Positions 27,175 through 40,473 of a DNA stretch of 64,000 nt are shown in pieces (the stretch's first letter is position 1; each line of letters opens with the position of its first letter). This DNA is from Dendrobates tinctorius (lineage: Eukaryota). The position numbers and the translations under genes are program-made. The DNA lies in NCBI RefSeq assembly GCF_039654945.1, contig NW_027361797.1, forward strand, positions 38,068,001 through 38,132,000. The letters are read 5' to 3'. The notes under the pieces are model-generated. The model ran no database searches. It worked only from the letters and a program-made list of their open reading frames with translations, and was not told the origin of the DNA.

Positions 27175-28669
27175 AACACACCCCTGGGTGGGTTTGTAGG
27201 TAACCAGGCCCGCCCATCTCTCTAGTTACCTGGAGATTTCTCCCTTATACATTGAAGCAACACCTCAGCAATATCATTGCTGAACAACACACAAGTCTCC
27301 ATCCCAAAGCCACCCACTTTGGGATACATAACGGCCATTCCGTATTCTGCCATTCATCCTTTCTCCTGGGACATCCACACAGCGCCCCCTAGCGGACTCA
27401 GTGGTTACTACACCACAATATCTTTACTGATGCCGCATAGGCGGCCTCAATAGTAAAAAGTTGGTCACACTAGTCAAACACTGTTTGATGAGTGTGACCA
27501 ACCTGTCAATCAGTTCTGCAAGCTAATTACGCTTGCAAATCGCTAGTTTATCCGCAGGAAAATTGCGGGAATTTAAAATGCAGTTTTCCCGCAGAATGAA
27601 ATTCCAGAATTCCCACAATAACTTCCGCGGGAGTTCTGCAACGTGTCACATAGCCTTAAGGTCACTTTTAAATAAGTTCTATAAACTTTATTATGTAACA
27701 AACATTTACTCTGCTATTGTGTTGCCCAACTTACTACCAGCACTTTCAATGATGGCCTTGGAGACCGGAATGTGACAGTATTGGGGCATCTTTTCCTTCG
27801 TGCACATGAGCCGCCACAAGAGAAACCCGACCCGTTATCTTGGTCTGTGCTGAGCTTTGTACATAGAGGAGCCAAACACCTGCTCTAGTTACTGAGATCT
27901 GGCCTCAGATTATTTCATATGGGGTTTCTTGCTCAGGACCACCTCTATTGACAAAATAGGGACATTTAGTATAAGGGGAGTCACATGACATATAGGTAAT
28001 TTTGCTGTTTGGGAACAAGACGCACAGAGATGGGTTTTCTACAATGTTCTGCTCTGCTCCCTAAATTCCATCCTTCTTGTAAGAATTCTGGAAAGTGTGG
28101 GGAGAATTTTAGTAGCAGCACTCCCCATCTTTCCTCCAAGACCTCTTTTGTTATTCTTCATCTACGATGTAATCCTGTGGAGCATAAACCACGTCATGAG
28201 ATGGACATGAAGGCTCATCCTCCTTGTGTTACCGCTTTACAAATTTTCATAGTTCAAATGTGAATAAAAACTGAACCTTGTTTCTTAGCTGTGACTAATA
28301 CACCAAATTGTCTTGGCTCAGGGGAAGAAAGATAAGAGTTACAGACAAGGGACTAACGATCGCGGTTGTGACGAGGTCCGTGCAGTTGAGGGACCCGTTG
28401 ATGCCAGCTCAAACTTCAACTGTGCGTTCTCGGATGCATATTCAACTGAAGTGTATTGCGCTGCAGAGACCTGTCAGGTCCGTGCGCTGCAATACACACT
28501 GTTGGCCAATCCGAGGCCAGTAGCTGATGTCGGCATGCACGTGACTGGCGGTGCATGGCAGTGACGTCATGCTCTCCCGTTGTTGCACGCTGACATCTTC
28601 AGAAGAGGACGGCGGAGGAAGGTGAATATAATCTTTTTTTTTTTTCTACGACTTAAACAACAGCAGCAG

Positions 28670-28962
28670 AATGGGGGACATATATACCAGAATGGGGCCC
28701 AGGATAAGGGTCATATACCAGGATGGGGCCCAGGATAAGGGTCATATACCAGGATGGGGATATATATGCCAGGAAAAGGGTCATGTTACCAGGATGGGGC
28801 CCAGTCTAAGGGTCATATACCAGGATGGGGATATCTATATACTAGGATGGGGCCTAGGGTAAGGGACATATACCAGGATAAGAAGAAAAGGGACATGTAT
28901 ACCAGGATGGGGCCAAGGGTAAGAGATATGTATACCAGAATGGGGGACATATACACTAGGAT
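28670..28962. repeat. Degenerate tandem repeat with ATATACCAGGATGGGG core
   Basis: About ten variable 20-31 bp units. Confidence 0.8.
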
Positions 28963-29437
28963 GATTGGAGTGTCACTACACATGTGGACCACCCCTAATG
29001 GGAAGCCTGTTCTTGTGATCAGTAGGTGTATCGACAGTAAGACCCCCCCCCCCCCGCGATCATACATTTATTACCCATCTTGTGTATCGCTGGTGATCTT
29101 CCTAAGCCAAGCCCTTTTAGGTATGTTCTGCTCATTGTTTATCGGTTTTGTTCCAGGCACTTAGTGGATATCAAGGATTAGAATAAATATGGCTGCCTTC
29201 TTATAGACACTGTGCCAGTGCTCATGGTTGTTCGTAGCTCCATTCACTTCTATAGAGCGGAGTTGCAATACCGCACACAACCCATAGGGTGGAAGCTCTT
29301 TCTGAAAGGAAGCCACCATATTTTTCTAATCCCGCACAACTCCTTTAATTTCATTTAAACCTTGAAAAGCAACATCTGCCACCAGCTTTTACAAAATGTT
29401 CTCTCATCAAGATGAATAAGTATTCTTTTTCCGTTAG

Positions 29438-29581
29438 GTCCCCACTGTCGTCAATGGTTTTTGGGACAAATGCCCTCTTCACAAAGCCTGCCCAGTCCCT
29501 GGCACCTATGCTTGTCGTTACTATTCTTAATCAGTATGGATATGAAAACTTAACCAACAAAGTGGATCAGCCAGATCCCAG
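29438..29581 (+). CDS. MFSD13B: MFSD13B coding exon 5
   Basis: Acceptor tttccgttag; (K)SPLSSMVFGTNALFTKPAQSLAPMLVVTILNQYGYENLTNKVDQPDP; donor AG|GTGAGT; 144 nt, phase 2-2. Confidence 0.9.
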
Positions 29582-29867
29582 GTGAGTCTCACCCCGCTGG
29601 TATGTCTATGTGCAGTCCTATATTAGCTAACCACTAGAACGCCCCTCCTATACACATGCATTGGGTAAATGAGCTAATGGCCGGCTTTAGGAAGAAGCCT
29701 GCTCAGCATTGCTGAAATGGTGAAGAATCCATATGGTACAAATATAGAAAAAGTGTGATTTCTTTTTTCGTCTTGAGATCATAGTTCCCTTATTTAATTT
29801 GTGTTCAGTAATTCTGGTTGTCTCCGATTAAATAAAAAAAAAATTATATAATATATACAGTATATTA

Positions 29868-30717
29868 CCGTATTTTTTGGACCATAAGACGCACTTTTTT
29901 CCCCAAAAAATTTTTTGGGAAAGTGGGGGGTGCGTCTTATGGTCGCAATGTACTAACCTCCGAGGCTGGTGCGGGTGCCGCGGGGTCTCTGTAGTGCGGT
30001 GGTGGCAGCGGGCTGTGCTTCGGTGCAGGGGTAGCGGCTCTCTGTGCTCCGGTGCAGGGGCGGCGGCTCCGCCGGCATTTCCTCCATGCCCGGAGGCCCC
30101 CGCACATCCCTTGCTGATTTGAATCTTGTCCCCCGAGATCTCGGGACGAGATCTGAACCTGCGCATGCGCCGTCCCCGGACCGGCGGCCATCTTCCCGGC
30201 GTCCATGTTCCTGGAGGCCACCGCAACATGGCGGCGGCCAGCAAGGGATGTGCGGGGGCCTCCGGGCTTGGAGGAAATGCTGGCGGAGCTGCCGCCCCTG
30301 CATCGGAGCACAGAGAGACGCCCAGCTGCCCCAGCACAGCTGTTCCAGCACAGCCCAGCTGCCCCAGTCCCAGCACAGCCCAGCTTCCCCAGCCCCAGCC
30401 CAGCTTCCCCAGCCCCAGCCCAGCTTCCCCAGCCCCAGCCCAGCTGCCCCAGCACAGCCCAGCTGCCCCAGTACAGCCCAGCTGCTCCAGCACAACCAAC
30501 CTGCCCCAACACAGAGCCGCCACCGCACGAGCCTGGACCACTGAATGACCCCTGTGACTACTCCTCCACCTGTGCCGGATCCCTTCCCAGGTAAGCTGAA
30601 TTCGGACTGTAAGACGGACCCCCATTTGACACATTATTATTTTTTTCCCCTATTTTCCCCTCTGAAAATTGGGGTGCGTCTTAAGGTCCGGTGTGTCTTA
30701 TAATCCGAAAAATACGG
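29868..30717. mobile_element. TA-flanked non-autonomous Tc1/mariner/pogo-type element with an internal palindrome and CCCAG-rich repeat
   Basis: TA-CCGTATTTTTTGGACCATAAGAC ... GTCTTATAATCCGAAAAATACGG-TA; inverted repeat at about 30030-30320; CCCAG repeats at about 30320-30500. Confidence 0.8.
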
Positions 30718-31058
30718 TATATACATATACCTATATATGATTAAGATGTTTTTCGAAACGCGTAGGTAAAACGCTGCAATATGTGCACTAGGCTGTAATC
30801 TAAAAATATTTTACGTGGTTTACCATAAAGGATAATATTTTTTTTACATGGAGGAATAAAAATTGAAAATTTTTAACCATTTATTGTTCCTGCTGGATTC
30901 ATCATCTTTTTCTTCCTCATATATAATATATACCCCGATCATAGGCTTCATTCAGGCATGTTTCATATTTGCTTTATGATTGATGTGAAGAGCCATCACT
31001 AAAAAGGCCATTTGGCGCCATCCAATGGTGAGATGGTATAAGGCCTAGCTTTTTCCAT

Positions 31059-31217
31059 NNNNNNNNNNNNNNNNNNNNNNNNNNNNNNNNNNNNNNNNNN
31101 NNNNNNNNNNNNNNNNNNNNNNNNNNNNNNNNNNNNNNNNNNNNNNNNNNNNNNNNNNNNNNNNNNNNNNNNNNNNNNNNNNNNNNNNNNNNNNNNNNNN
31201 NNNNNNNNNNNNNNNNN
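31059..31217. other. Assembly gap (159 N)
   Basis: Run of N abutting a Tc1 terminal repeat. Confidence 0.99.
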
Positions 31218-32809
31218 TATTTAGTCAGTCAGCAATAGTGCAAGTTCCACCACTTAAAAAGATGAGAGGCGTCTGTAATTTACATCATAGGTAGACCTCA
31301 ACTATGGGAGACAAACTGAGAAAAAGAAATCCAGAAAATCACATTGTCTGTTTTTTTTTCATTTTATTTGCATATTATGGTGGAAAATAAGTATTTGGTC
31401 AGAAACAAAATTTCATCTCAATACTTTGTGATATATCCTTTGTTGGCAATGACAGAGGTCAAACGTTTTCTGTAAGTCTTCACAAGGTTGCCACACACTG
31501 TTGTTGGTATATTGGCCCATTCCTCCATGCAGATCTCCTCTAGAGCAGTGATGTTTTTGGCTTTTCGCTTGGCAACACGGACTTTCAACTCCCTCCAAAG
31601 GTTTTCTATAGGGTTGAGATCTGGAGACTGGCTAGGCCACTCCAGGACCTTGAAATGCTTCTTACGAAGCCACTCCTTCGTTGCCCTGGCGGTGTGCTTT
31701 GGATCATTGTCATGTTGAAAGACCCAGCCACGTTTCATCTTCAATGCCCTTGCTGATGGAAGGAGGTTTGCACTCAAAATCTCACGATACATGGCCCCAT
31801 TCATTCTTTCATGTACCCGGATCAGTCGTCCTGGCCCCTTTGCAGAGAAACAGCCCCAAAGCATGATGTTTCCACCACCATGCTTTACAGTAGGTATGGT
31901 GTTTGATGGATGCAACTCCGTATTCTTTTTCCTCCAAACACGACAAGTTGTGTTTCTACCAAACAGTTCCAGTTTGGTTTCATCAGACCATAGGACATTC
32001 TCTCAAAACTCCTCTGGATCATCCAAATGCTCTCTAGCAAACTTCAGACGGGCCCGGACATGTACAGGCTTAAGCAGTGGGACACGTCTGGCACTGCAGG
32101 ATCTGAGTCCATGGTGGCGTAGTGTGTTACTTATGGTAGGCCTTGTTACATTGGTCCCAGCTCTCTGCAGTTCATTCACTAGGTCCCCCCCGCGTGGTTC
32201 TGGGATTTTTGCTCACCGTTCTTGTGATCATTCTGACCCCACGGGGTGGGATTTTGCGTGGAGCACCAGATCGAGGGAGATTATCAGTGGTCTTGTATGT
32301 CTTCCATTTTCTAATTATTGCTCCCACAGTTGATTTCTTCACTCCAAGCTGGTTGGCTATTGCAGATTCAGTCTTCCCAGCCTGGTACAGGGCTACAATT
32401 TTGTTTCTGGTGTCCTTTGACAGCTCTTTGGTCTTCACCATAGTGGAGTTTGGAGTCAGACTGTTTGAGGGTGTGCACAGGTGTCTTTTTATACTGATAA
32501 CAAGTTTAAACAGGTGCCATTACTACAGGTAATGAGTGGAGGAAAGAGGAGACTCTTAAAGAAGTTGTTACAGGTCTGTGAGAGCCAGAAATCTTGATTG
32601 CTTGTTTCTGACCAAATACTTATTTTCCACCATAATATGCAAATAAAATGAAAAAAAAAACAGACAATATGATTTTCTGGATTTTTTTTTCTCAGTTTGT
32701 CTCCCATAGTTGAGGTCTACCTATGATGTAAATTACAGACGCCTCTCATCTTTTTAAGTGGTGGAACTTGCACTATTGCTGACTGACTAAATACTTTTTT
32801 GCCCCACTG
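31218..32809 (-). mobile_element. Tc1-family DNA transposon, near full length, defective transposase (31418-32441)
   Basis: Inverted repeats of about 200 bp; end CAGTGGGGCAAAAAAG flanked by TA at 32810; WSDE / FQHDNDPKH / [11 protein letters not shown] catalytic motifs; +1 frameshift in C-run 32185-32191 and TGA at 32003-32005; the other tip is lost in the N gap. Confidence 0.95.
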
Positions 32810-32828
32810 TATGTATGTATATATATAT

Positions 32829-32880
<52 letters not shown>

Positions 32881-32900
32881 TATATATATACACACACACA

Positions 32901-33189
32901 CACACGTGGTCAAAATTGTTGGTACCCCTCGTTTAATGACAGAAAAACCCACAATGGTCACAGAAATAACTTGAATCGGACAAAAGTAATAATAAATAAA
33001 AAATCTATGAAAATGAACAAATGAGAGTCCGACATTGCTGACATGGTTGAAAAGCAATGTCGGACTCTCATTTGTTCATTTTCATAGATTTGATTTATTA
33101 TTACTTTTGTCCAATTCAAGTTATTTTTGTTACCATTGTGGGTTTTTCTGTCATTAAACGAGGGGTACCAACAATTTTGACCACATGCA
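32901..33189. mobile_element. Palindromic Tc1-derived MITE
   Basis: Near-perfect inverted arms of about 140 bp (GTGGTCAAAATTGTTGGTACCCCTCG...) around a short spacer, in TA/CA microsatellite context. Confidence 0.85.
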
Positions 33190-33302
33190 TATATTTCACA
33201 TCAGAAAAAACACATATATTATTTTTTTTCCTGCCGCTGGTGTCAAATGACTTTGGATAATTTATTCTGCAGACCATTAATAAAATTAACTTTTAAATTC
33301 AG

Positions 33303-33432
33303 TTTATTTCTAGGCCTCCATGACGCCATGTTCTACCTGACGTGCATCATTCCTCTCTGTATCGCCGTCGTACAGATCGTCATCTGGACGCCATATTCCA
33401 TTCGGAGCAGTCATGTCACCAATACACATTGA
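33303..33432 (+). CDS. MFSD13B: MFSD13B last coding exon
   Basis: Acceptor aattcag; (S)LFLGLHDAMFYLTCIIPLCIAVVQIVIWTPYSIRSSHVTNTH*. Joined CDS is 1395 nt = 464 aa plus stop. Confidence 0.85.
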
Positions 33433-33971
33433 GCCGCTAAATATACAATAACTTTCTGATTATCTCACCGGTGCCTTACATTTTGTTTTACTATCTATAC
33501 GGTAAGAAAAATCCCAGAAAGGACATTTTCTACCGACTTGCAGAACTTTTCATTCTGTTTTATGGTGAATTTTGTACAAGTTGAGTCTTTTTAGCAGCTG
33601 ATGACGTCGCTCCTCGTATACATAGATCAGATCTAGAATTTATTGTTGCCTCCTTTTGATTAGTTCTAATAGGTAGCTTAGATATTGAAGGGGTTTTCCC
33701 ATCAGGCCAGTCTGTGTCTTTAGGCCCTATTAGGGGATATGGACATCATTGGAAACCCTTATCAATCTGATAAGCAGCTGCTCTCACGTGGAAGAGACAG
33801 CTCACTTACTGTAGCATACTCGGCCATGAATTGATATCTGACATATACTGTAAATGTCCGATACATCTGCTAATGTTCACATTGTTCTCTGTGGAGTCTT
33901 GGCTTTTCTTCATTGTACATAATGAGTAATATATAAATGTTTACTGCCTTCGTCGTACATGGATGTCCTGT

Positions 33972-33977
33972 AATAAA
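33972..33977 (+). terminator. Candidate polyadenylation signal of MFSD13B
   Basis: AATAAA about 540 nt downstream of the stop codon. Confidence 0.5.
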
Positions 33978-34239
33978 TGTGAAGCTCTTAGTGCTGTGAC
34001 AACCAGCCCCGGTACATGCACTCATGTGGAGACAGGATGTCAGTCTCTGACTTGCTGTGAACTACTGGATGACATGACCCCCAATCAAATCCATCCAGGC
34101 AGCTCTCGGCCCCTTCTCCTGACCTCCTAGCGCCACTCTCCCTGTGCCTCTGTATGTCGGCCCATACAGCAAGTGATGTCTGTCACGGCAGTAACTCGCA
34201 TGCCTCCTCAGCGCTCCTCTACTCTCTGGCAGTGTCTAC

Positions 34240-36868
34240 CAGGGCTGTGGAGTCGGTAAGCCAAATCTGCGACTCCGACTCCGCAATTTCCCTTACACAG
34301 ACTCCGACTCCCACATATATTGCTTATATTTAAGTGAAAAATTTATTGTAGTACAATGTGAACATCAGACATTTAATCATTTCTATGATCCAATAATCAA
34401 GATATTTAGATAGAACAGAATATATATTTATTGGAATACAACTTTAGAACACAAAAAACTAATAAATTGTAAATATGTAATACACTGTATACATGTACAT
34501 GTATACGGTACAGACCAAAGTTTGGACACACCTTCTCATTCAAAGAGTTTTCTTTATTTTCATGACTATGAAAATTGTAGATTCACTCTGAAGGCATCAA
34601 AACAATGAAATAACACATGTGGAATTATATAATTAAAGTGTGAAACAACTGAAAATATGTCTTATATTCTAGGTTCTTCAAAGTAGCCACCTTTTGCTTT
34701 GATTACTACTTTGCACACTCTTGGCATTTTCTTGATAAGCTTCAAGAGGTAGTCACCGGAAATGGTTTTCCAACAGTCTTGAAGGAGTTCCCAGAGATGC
34801 TTAGCACTTGTTGGCCCTTTTGCCTTCACTCTGCGGTCCAGCTCACCCCAAACCATCTCGATTGGGTTCAGGTCTGGTGACTGTGGAGGCCAGGTCATCT
34901 GGCGTAGCACCCCATCACTGTCCTTCTTGGTCAAATAGTCCTTACACAGCCTGGAGGTGTGTTTGAGGCCATTGTCCTGTTGAAAAATAAACGATGGTCC
35001 AACTAAACGCAAACCAGATGGAATAGCATGCCGCTGCAAGATGCTGTGGTAGCCATGCTGGTTCAGTATGCCTTCAATTTTGAATAAATCCCCAACAGTG
35101 TCACCAGCAAAGCACCCCCACACCATCACACCTCCTCCTCCTCCATGCTTCACGGTAGGAACAAGGCATGTTGAGTCCATCCGTTCACCTTTTCTGCGTC
35201 GCACAAAGACATGGTGGTTGGAACCAAAGATCTCAAATTTGGACTCATCAGACCAAAGCACAGATTTCCACTGGTCTAATGTCCATTCCTTGTCTTCTTT
35301 AGCCCAAGCGAGTCTCTTCTGCTTGTTGCCTGTCCTTAGCAGTGGTTTCCTAGCAGCTATTTTACCATGAAGGCCTGCTGCACAAAGTCTCCTCTTAACA
35401 GTTGTTGTAGAGATGTGTCTGCTGCTACAACTCTGTGTGGCATTGACCTGGTCTCTAATCTGAGCTGCTGTTAACCTGCGATTTCTGAGGCTGGTGACTC
35501 GGATGAACTTATCCTCCGCAGCAGAGGTGACTCTTGGTCTTCCTTTCCTGGGGCGGTCCTCATGTGAGCCAGTTTCTTTGTAGCGCTTGATGGTTTTTGC
35601 CAATGCACTTGGGGACACTTTCAAAGTTTACCCAATTTTTCGGACTGACTGACCTTCATTTCTTAAAGTAATGATGGCCACTCGTTTTTCTTTACTCAGC
35701 TGCTTTTTTCTTGCCATAATACAAATTCTAACAGTCTATTTAGTAGGACTATCAGCTGTGTATCCACCAGACTTCTGCACAACACAACTGATGGTCCCAA
35801 CCCCATTTATAAGGCAAGAAATCCCACTTATTAAACCTGACAGGGCACACCTGTGAAGTGAAAACCATTTCCAGTGACTACCTCTTGAAGCTCATCAAGA
35901 GAATGCCGAGAGTGTGCAAAGCAGTAATCAAAGCAAAAGGTGGCTACTTTGAAGAACCTAGAATATAAGACATATTTTCAGTTGTTTCACACTTTTTTGT
36001 TAATTATATAATTCCACATGTGTTAATTCATAGTTTTGATGCCTTCAGAGTGAATCTACAATTTTCATAGTCATGAAAATAAAGAAAACGCTTTGATTGA
36101 GAAGGTGTGTCCAAACTTTTGGTCTGTACTGTGTGTGTAAATATATATATACACACACACTATGACTTATCTCGGCTAAGATAAAGCCTAGATCCTCAGG
36201 CTACATTCACACTATGGGCGTAGCCAGGATCAAACCTAGGGGGGCAGAACCTCATACTGTTCCGCAGAATTTCATACTGCACACCTCAGGTGCTGCAGAA
36301 CCTCATACTTCACACCCCTACACTTGAAAATAAAGCCTGCACCTTAAGAAGATGTGGTGATGAATGCAGTCTATTTATTCCAACTATCAGTTGATGTTGA
36401 TGAAGACGAGCAATGCCTGTCCTGGGCGTCCTTTTGGGCAGCTATGAGGTGTACCTGACTGGTGCTAAAAAAAAGGAGTGTTAGTCTGTGTGCTATCCGG
36501 CTTTCATTCTTTTTGGTACAGATATGATATAGATAGAGCAGATTTCTAATCTGCTTTTGCTATTGAAAACATTATCTATAAGCTCAAAAGCCTTTCAGGT
36601 GATGCGGTTTTTTAAAAAGCTGATCGGCTTTTGCAACTGAAAAATGCATCCTCAAAAAACGCAGGAAAAACGCTGTGTGTGATTGTAGCCTTAGATCAGG
36701 AATAGAACAGTCATTTATAGGACGTTTCATAACTTTCCCAAATTCCTATGAAAAAATATTCTGCATTGACCTACTGTACCCAATTTATTATATATTTTAG
36801 GAGTTGGAGTCGGTCCATTTTATACCGACTCAGACTCCACCAAAATGAGCACCGACTCCGCAGCCCTG
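34240..36868. mobile_element. Non-autonomous hAT element (same family as 3603-4212, opposite orientation), split by the Tc1 insertion
   Basis: Same TIR and internal sequence; TSD GTGTCTAC / GTGTCTAA (7 of 8). A third partial copy lies at about 63039-63225. Confidence 0.88.
34506..36131 (-). mobile_element. Tc1-family DNA transposon, full length, transposase 34662-35717 with an early nonsense codon
   Basis: Termini C(A/G)GTACAGACCAAA(A)GTTTGGACAC; MARKKQLSKEKRVAII...IG*TLKV (TAA at 35628-35630), then an open 320-codon frame with WSDE, QQDN and SPDLNPIE. Confidence 0.95.
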
Positions 36869-37360
36869 GTGTCTAACTGCGTTCAGGTCATCCCGCTGAG
36901 TTTGCTCCTGCAGCATCTACATATGGCATTCCTTTAGCCTTAGGGGCCATTGCCAGTCTTTGCAGGAATTTAACCCTGCTGGGTCCTGTAGAGATTTGCT
37001 TCCTCGGCCAATCCCTTGCTAGCAGGGCCTTTTTTAGGCAGCTCCTCCTACCACTTCTCGCTGAAATGTTGGTTCCTATCCTGATAGTACCCATTAATGC
37101 ATTCCTCCTTATTCCAATTTCCGTTAACGACCCGGCGTTGTTACCTGTCCTATCTGACATCCCTGATCCTGCCGTTGGCTACATTTACTGATCCTGTGCT
37201 GCTTTCCCCAACCTCGGACCTTCTGACTATACCTCTGTTTTGCCCCTTGTAGCCGTGCCTCTGACCCTCCAGTCACTGCTGCAAAACCAGGGACTGTCCT
37301 GGAGCGGTACCTGGTGACTACCGGTTGCAAAGCCTATCCTCACCACCAGAGGCTTTAGTG

Positions 37361-37547
37361 CAGTGTTCCCCAATTCTGGTCCTCAAGAGCCACCAACGGG
37401 TCATGTTTTCAGGATTTCCTTAGTATTGCCAAAAATGATAATCACATCATCTGGACAGGCAATAATTCCATCACCTGTGAAATACTATGGAAATCCTGAA
37501 ACCATGACCTGTTGGAGGCTCTTGAGGAACGGAGTTGGGGAGCGCTG
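37361..37547. mobile_element. hAT-type MITE (187 bp)
   Basis: CAGTGTTCCCCAA...TTGGGGAGCGCTG palindrome; perfect 8-bp TSD CTTTAGTG. Confidence 0.88.
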
Positions 37548-38924
37548 CTTTAGTGAATACCCAGTAGATACTTATTTATGGCCCTCCAGGGCCAATATCA
37601 TATCCAGCAGTGGTCCAATATAGAAGCAAGAACGGCGTTATGAGACCCTGCCCCTGTGCAAAGCATGTGGCATCATAGGAAATATAGTCTACATTCCGGA
37701 AACCATATGTCTGCCATATTACCACCAAGAGCAGCTGCAGAGATCCAGCATTGAAACTGGGGAGGGTGACTAAAGCATTTAATTTTTTTTACCGCTAATG
37801 AAGCGGATCGGAAAAACGTTTTTGAAAGAAGAAACACCTTTAGATTAATAAGAAGAACAATAGTGGAATGGCACTATACAGAGTCCTAAGAAAAAATGCT
37901 CAAAAGTAGAGGCGATGACAAGTTTTAGCGAGTCCTGAAACTAAATGCACAAACACCATATGGGATAGGCCAATTGCCTTTAAAAATGGAAAAAAATGTA
38001 TTAGCTTATCGTTTGGGGGGGATCAGGGTGAATCCATAGAAAGCGAGTAGTTTAATTACCGGTACTTGCCATTTTCACTGGGAGCCCTTTACAGTTTCCC
38101 ATTACATAATCTTCCGATGGCAGAAACGTTACAAATTGGCCATAAGAAATTCAACACCTACTATATATTTTATCATATTTGCGCACAAGAATGTAAAAGT
38201 CTTCTGATAAGTGCACAATTATGTGGGAGGGGAGAGATTGAAGCATTATTGTGATAGTAGTAGTAAGTCGGTGTCCTCAGTGACGCGTATCACGATATCC
38301 AAATGTCGAGGTGGAAAGGATGTGTTCTACCTATAAGCTCACATCCGCTGGAGGTGGGGTTGTAACCATATTGCTTACTAAATTATTATTAGACACCCCC
38401 TTATCGATGGCCCTATGGTGCTGATAAAGTTAAAAAATAAAAACCCTTTATACTGACCTCTTGGACCTGCACTGTTCTGGCCTGTGTCCTCCGCCGGTCT
38501 CAGCACCTAAATGATGTCACATGGCGGCTGAAGTCAATAGGCAGGTGCTGATCATCTGCACCAGTCATATTTTTGTCCTAGCGGTCATAGGACATGAAAC
38601 CAGCGGGGGACACAGGGCTCAGAACACAGCTGTTTCGGGAGGGATGTATTGAGGCTTTAATTTTACTTTATCAGCAAACTGGGGCCACTAGTCTAGCAGT
38701 GGGGACCAACCCTTTTAAATGTTATCTTTTTGTTTAGTTTTTTTTGTGATGGGCGTCAATGTATTTTTATGTTTTTAAGTGTAAAAAGTCAAATAATTTG
38801 TATTATTCTGTCTGCCAGTAAAAGTTGATAATTTAAAAACCAGTGAAAATGAACTTAAAACATTGTTCTAAATCAAACTTTGTGCGTCTTTGTTTTTCGC
38901 GGGTTTCAGTTTGTGGTAGGCAAA

Positions 38925-39148
38925 TAAGTATTTATTACTTACTTATATAGCACCATCATATTCCATATCACTTTACAGACATCATCATCACTGTCACCAT
39001 TGGGGCTCACAATCTAGATTCCCTATCAGTATGTATGGAGTGGGAGAAGAAACTGGAGGAAACCCACGCAAACACGGAGAGAACATAAACTCCTTGCAGA
39101 TATTATCCTTGGTGGGGTTTAGTGCTAACCACTGAGCCACCTTGCTGC
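38925..39148 (-). mobile_element. tRNA-derived SINE remnant with L2-like tail
   Basis: Minus strand starts GGTGGCTCAGTGGTTAGCACT (A box), has a GTGTTTGCGTGGGTTTCCTCC core and an AT-rich tail; related tail at about 53457-53650. Confidence 0.65.
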
Positions 39149-40433
39149 CATGTTAAAGTGAATAAGACTATGGGGGCGCTGTCTCTTGACTGTAATGGTG
39201 ATAGATGGCATTTTAGCGTCACAGTGCGTGTGGGTACATGGAGCGGACCCGCTTTACACAGGGCAGGTGTCCGCTGCTCTAAATAGCCAGCACCTGCCTT
39301 CTACCAGCAGCAATCTGAGCTGGCTCCGATTGCTGCCGATGTAAATTTCTGACAGTAATACCCAATTCATCTGATCTGTTCCGGCGCCCATCGTCCCCAG
39401 CGATGTGATTACAAGGGGCATGGCACAGCTGAAGACCCTTCTTTCCACCATCTTTATGACATAGAGGGCCATAATTTTGTACTAACAAATGCAGTACATA
39501 ACGCAAGCGATCACAGATTCAAGTTCCCTTTTGTTACAAAAAAAAAAGGTTTGAAATATTAGAAAAAAAAACTAAAAAAATCAAAATGCAAATCACCCCT
39601 CTTTTTCCGAGTTTAAAGAAAATAAAAAACTTAGGGTTAATTCAGACATCAGGGTTTTTTTCAAGTACATGAAAAACGGATAGTGATTTTCGTCAGCGTG
39701 TCCTTTACGGTAGTTAGTTTCTCCACCTTCTCCTATTTATTTATTTTTTGCTCATCAGTAAAAACAATAAGTCAGTGAATATGGATGGCGTTCTAGAGCA
39801 ATTCGATTTTTTTTTTTTTTTCACTTGCATTGTCGATTTTGATCCGACACTTGCATCGTTATCAGCCCCATACACTATCGTTATCCGTAAAAAACTAACT
39901 AAAATCAAAACATCAAAATTGCCCTTTTTTTTGGCTGATACTTCTTCAATAATAAAATACCATAAAAACATCAAATGTGCCCCCAAATGTCACCATTAAA
40001 AAAATGCAAGCCCTCAAATATCCCGCATAAACAATTGGAGTTCAGCGTTATTTTTCAACCGCAGCCACTTTTCACTTTTTGCGTTTCCATTTTTTCCTCC
40101 CCTTCATCCCACAGCCATAAGTCTTATTTTTCTGTCCACATAGACATATGAGTTGTACTTTTTAATGACACCATTCATTTTACCACAGTTTTATTTTCTT
40201 TCACAATTTCACATCACTTTCAATTTTTCCCTTTTTTTTTTTTTTTTTTTTTAGGTAAGCTCTACGGTAAACTAAATAGTGCTGTCCAAATAAAACAAAA
40301 AAAAAAAATCAAATGACCATATTGAAGGAATAATAAAAAAAAAAAAATAGTTACGGCTCTATCTTTGAAGAAGGGGAGGAAAAAACAATTGTGCAAAAAT
40401 GAACATTGGCCATGGTGGAAAGGGGTTAATGAG

Positions 40434-40473
<40 letters not shown>

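Noticed and set aside
29828-30634. Cluster of 129-268 aa ORFs on both strands
   Set aside because: They arise from GC-rich palindromic and CCCAG repeats within a TA-flanked MITE.
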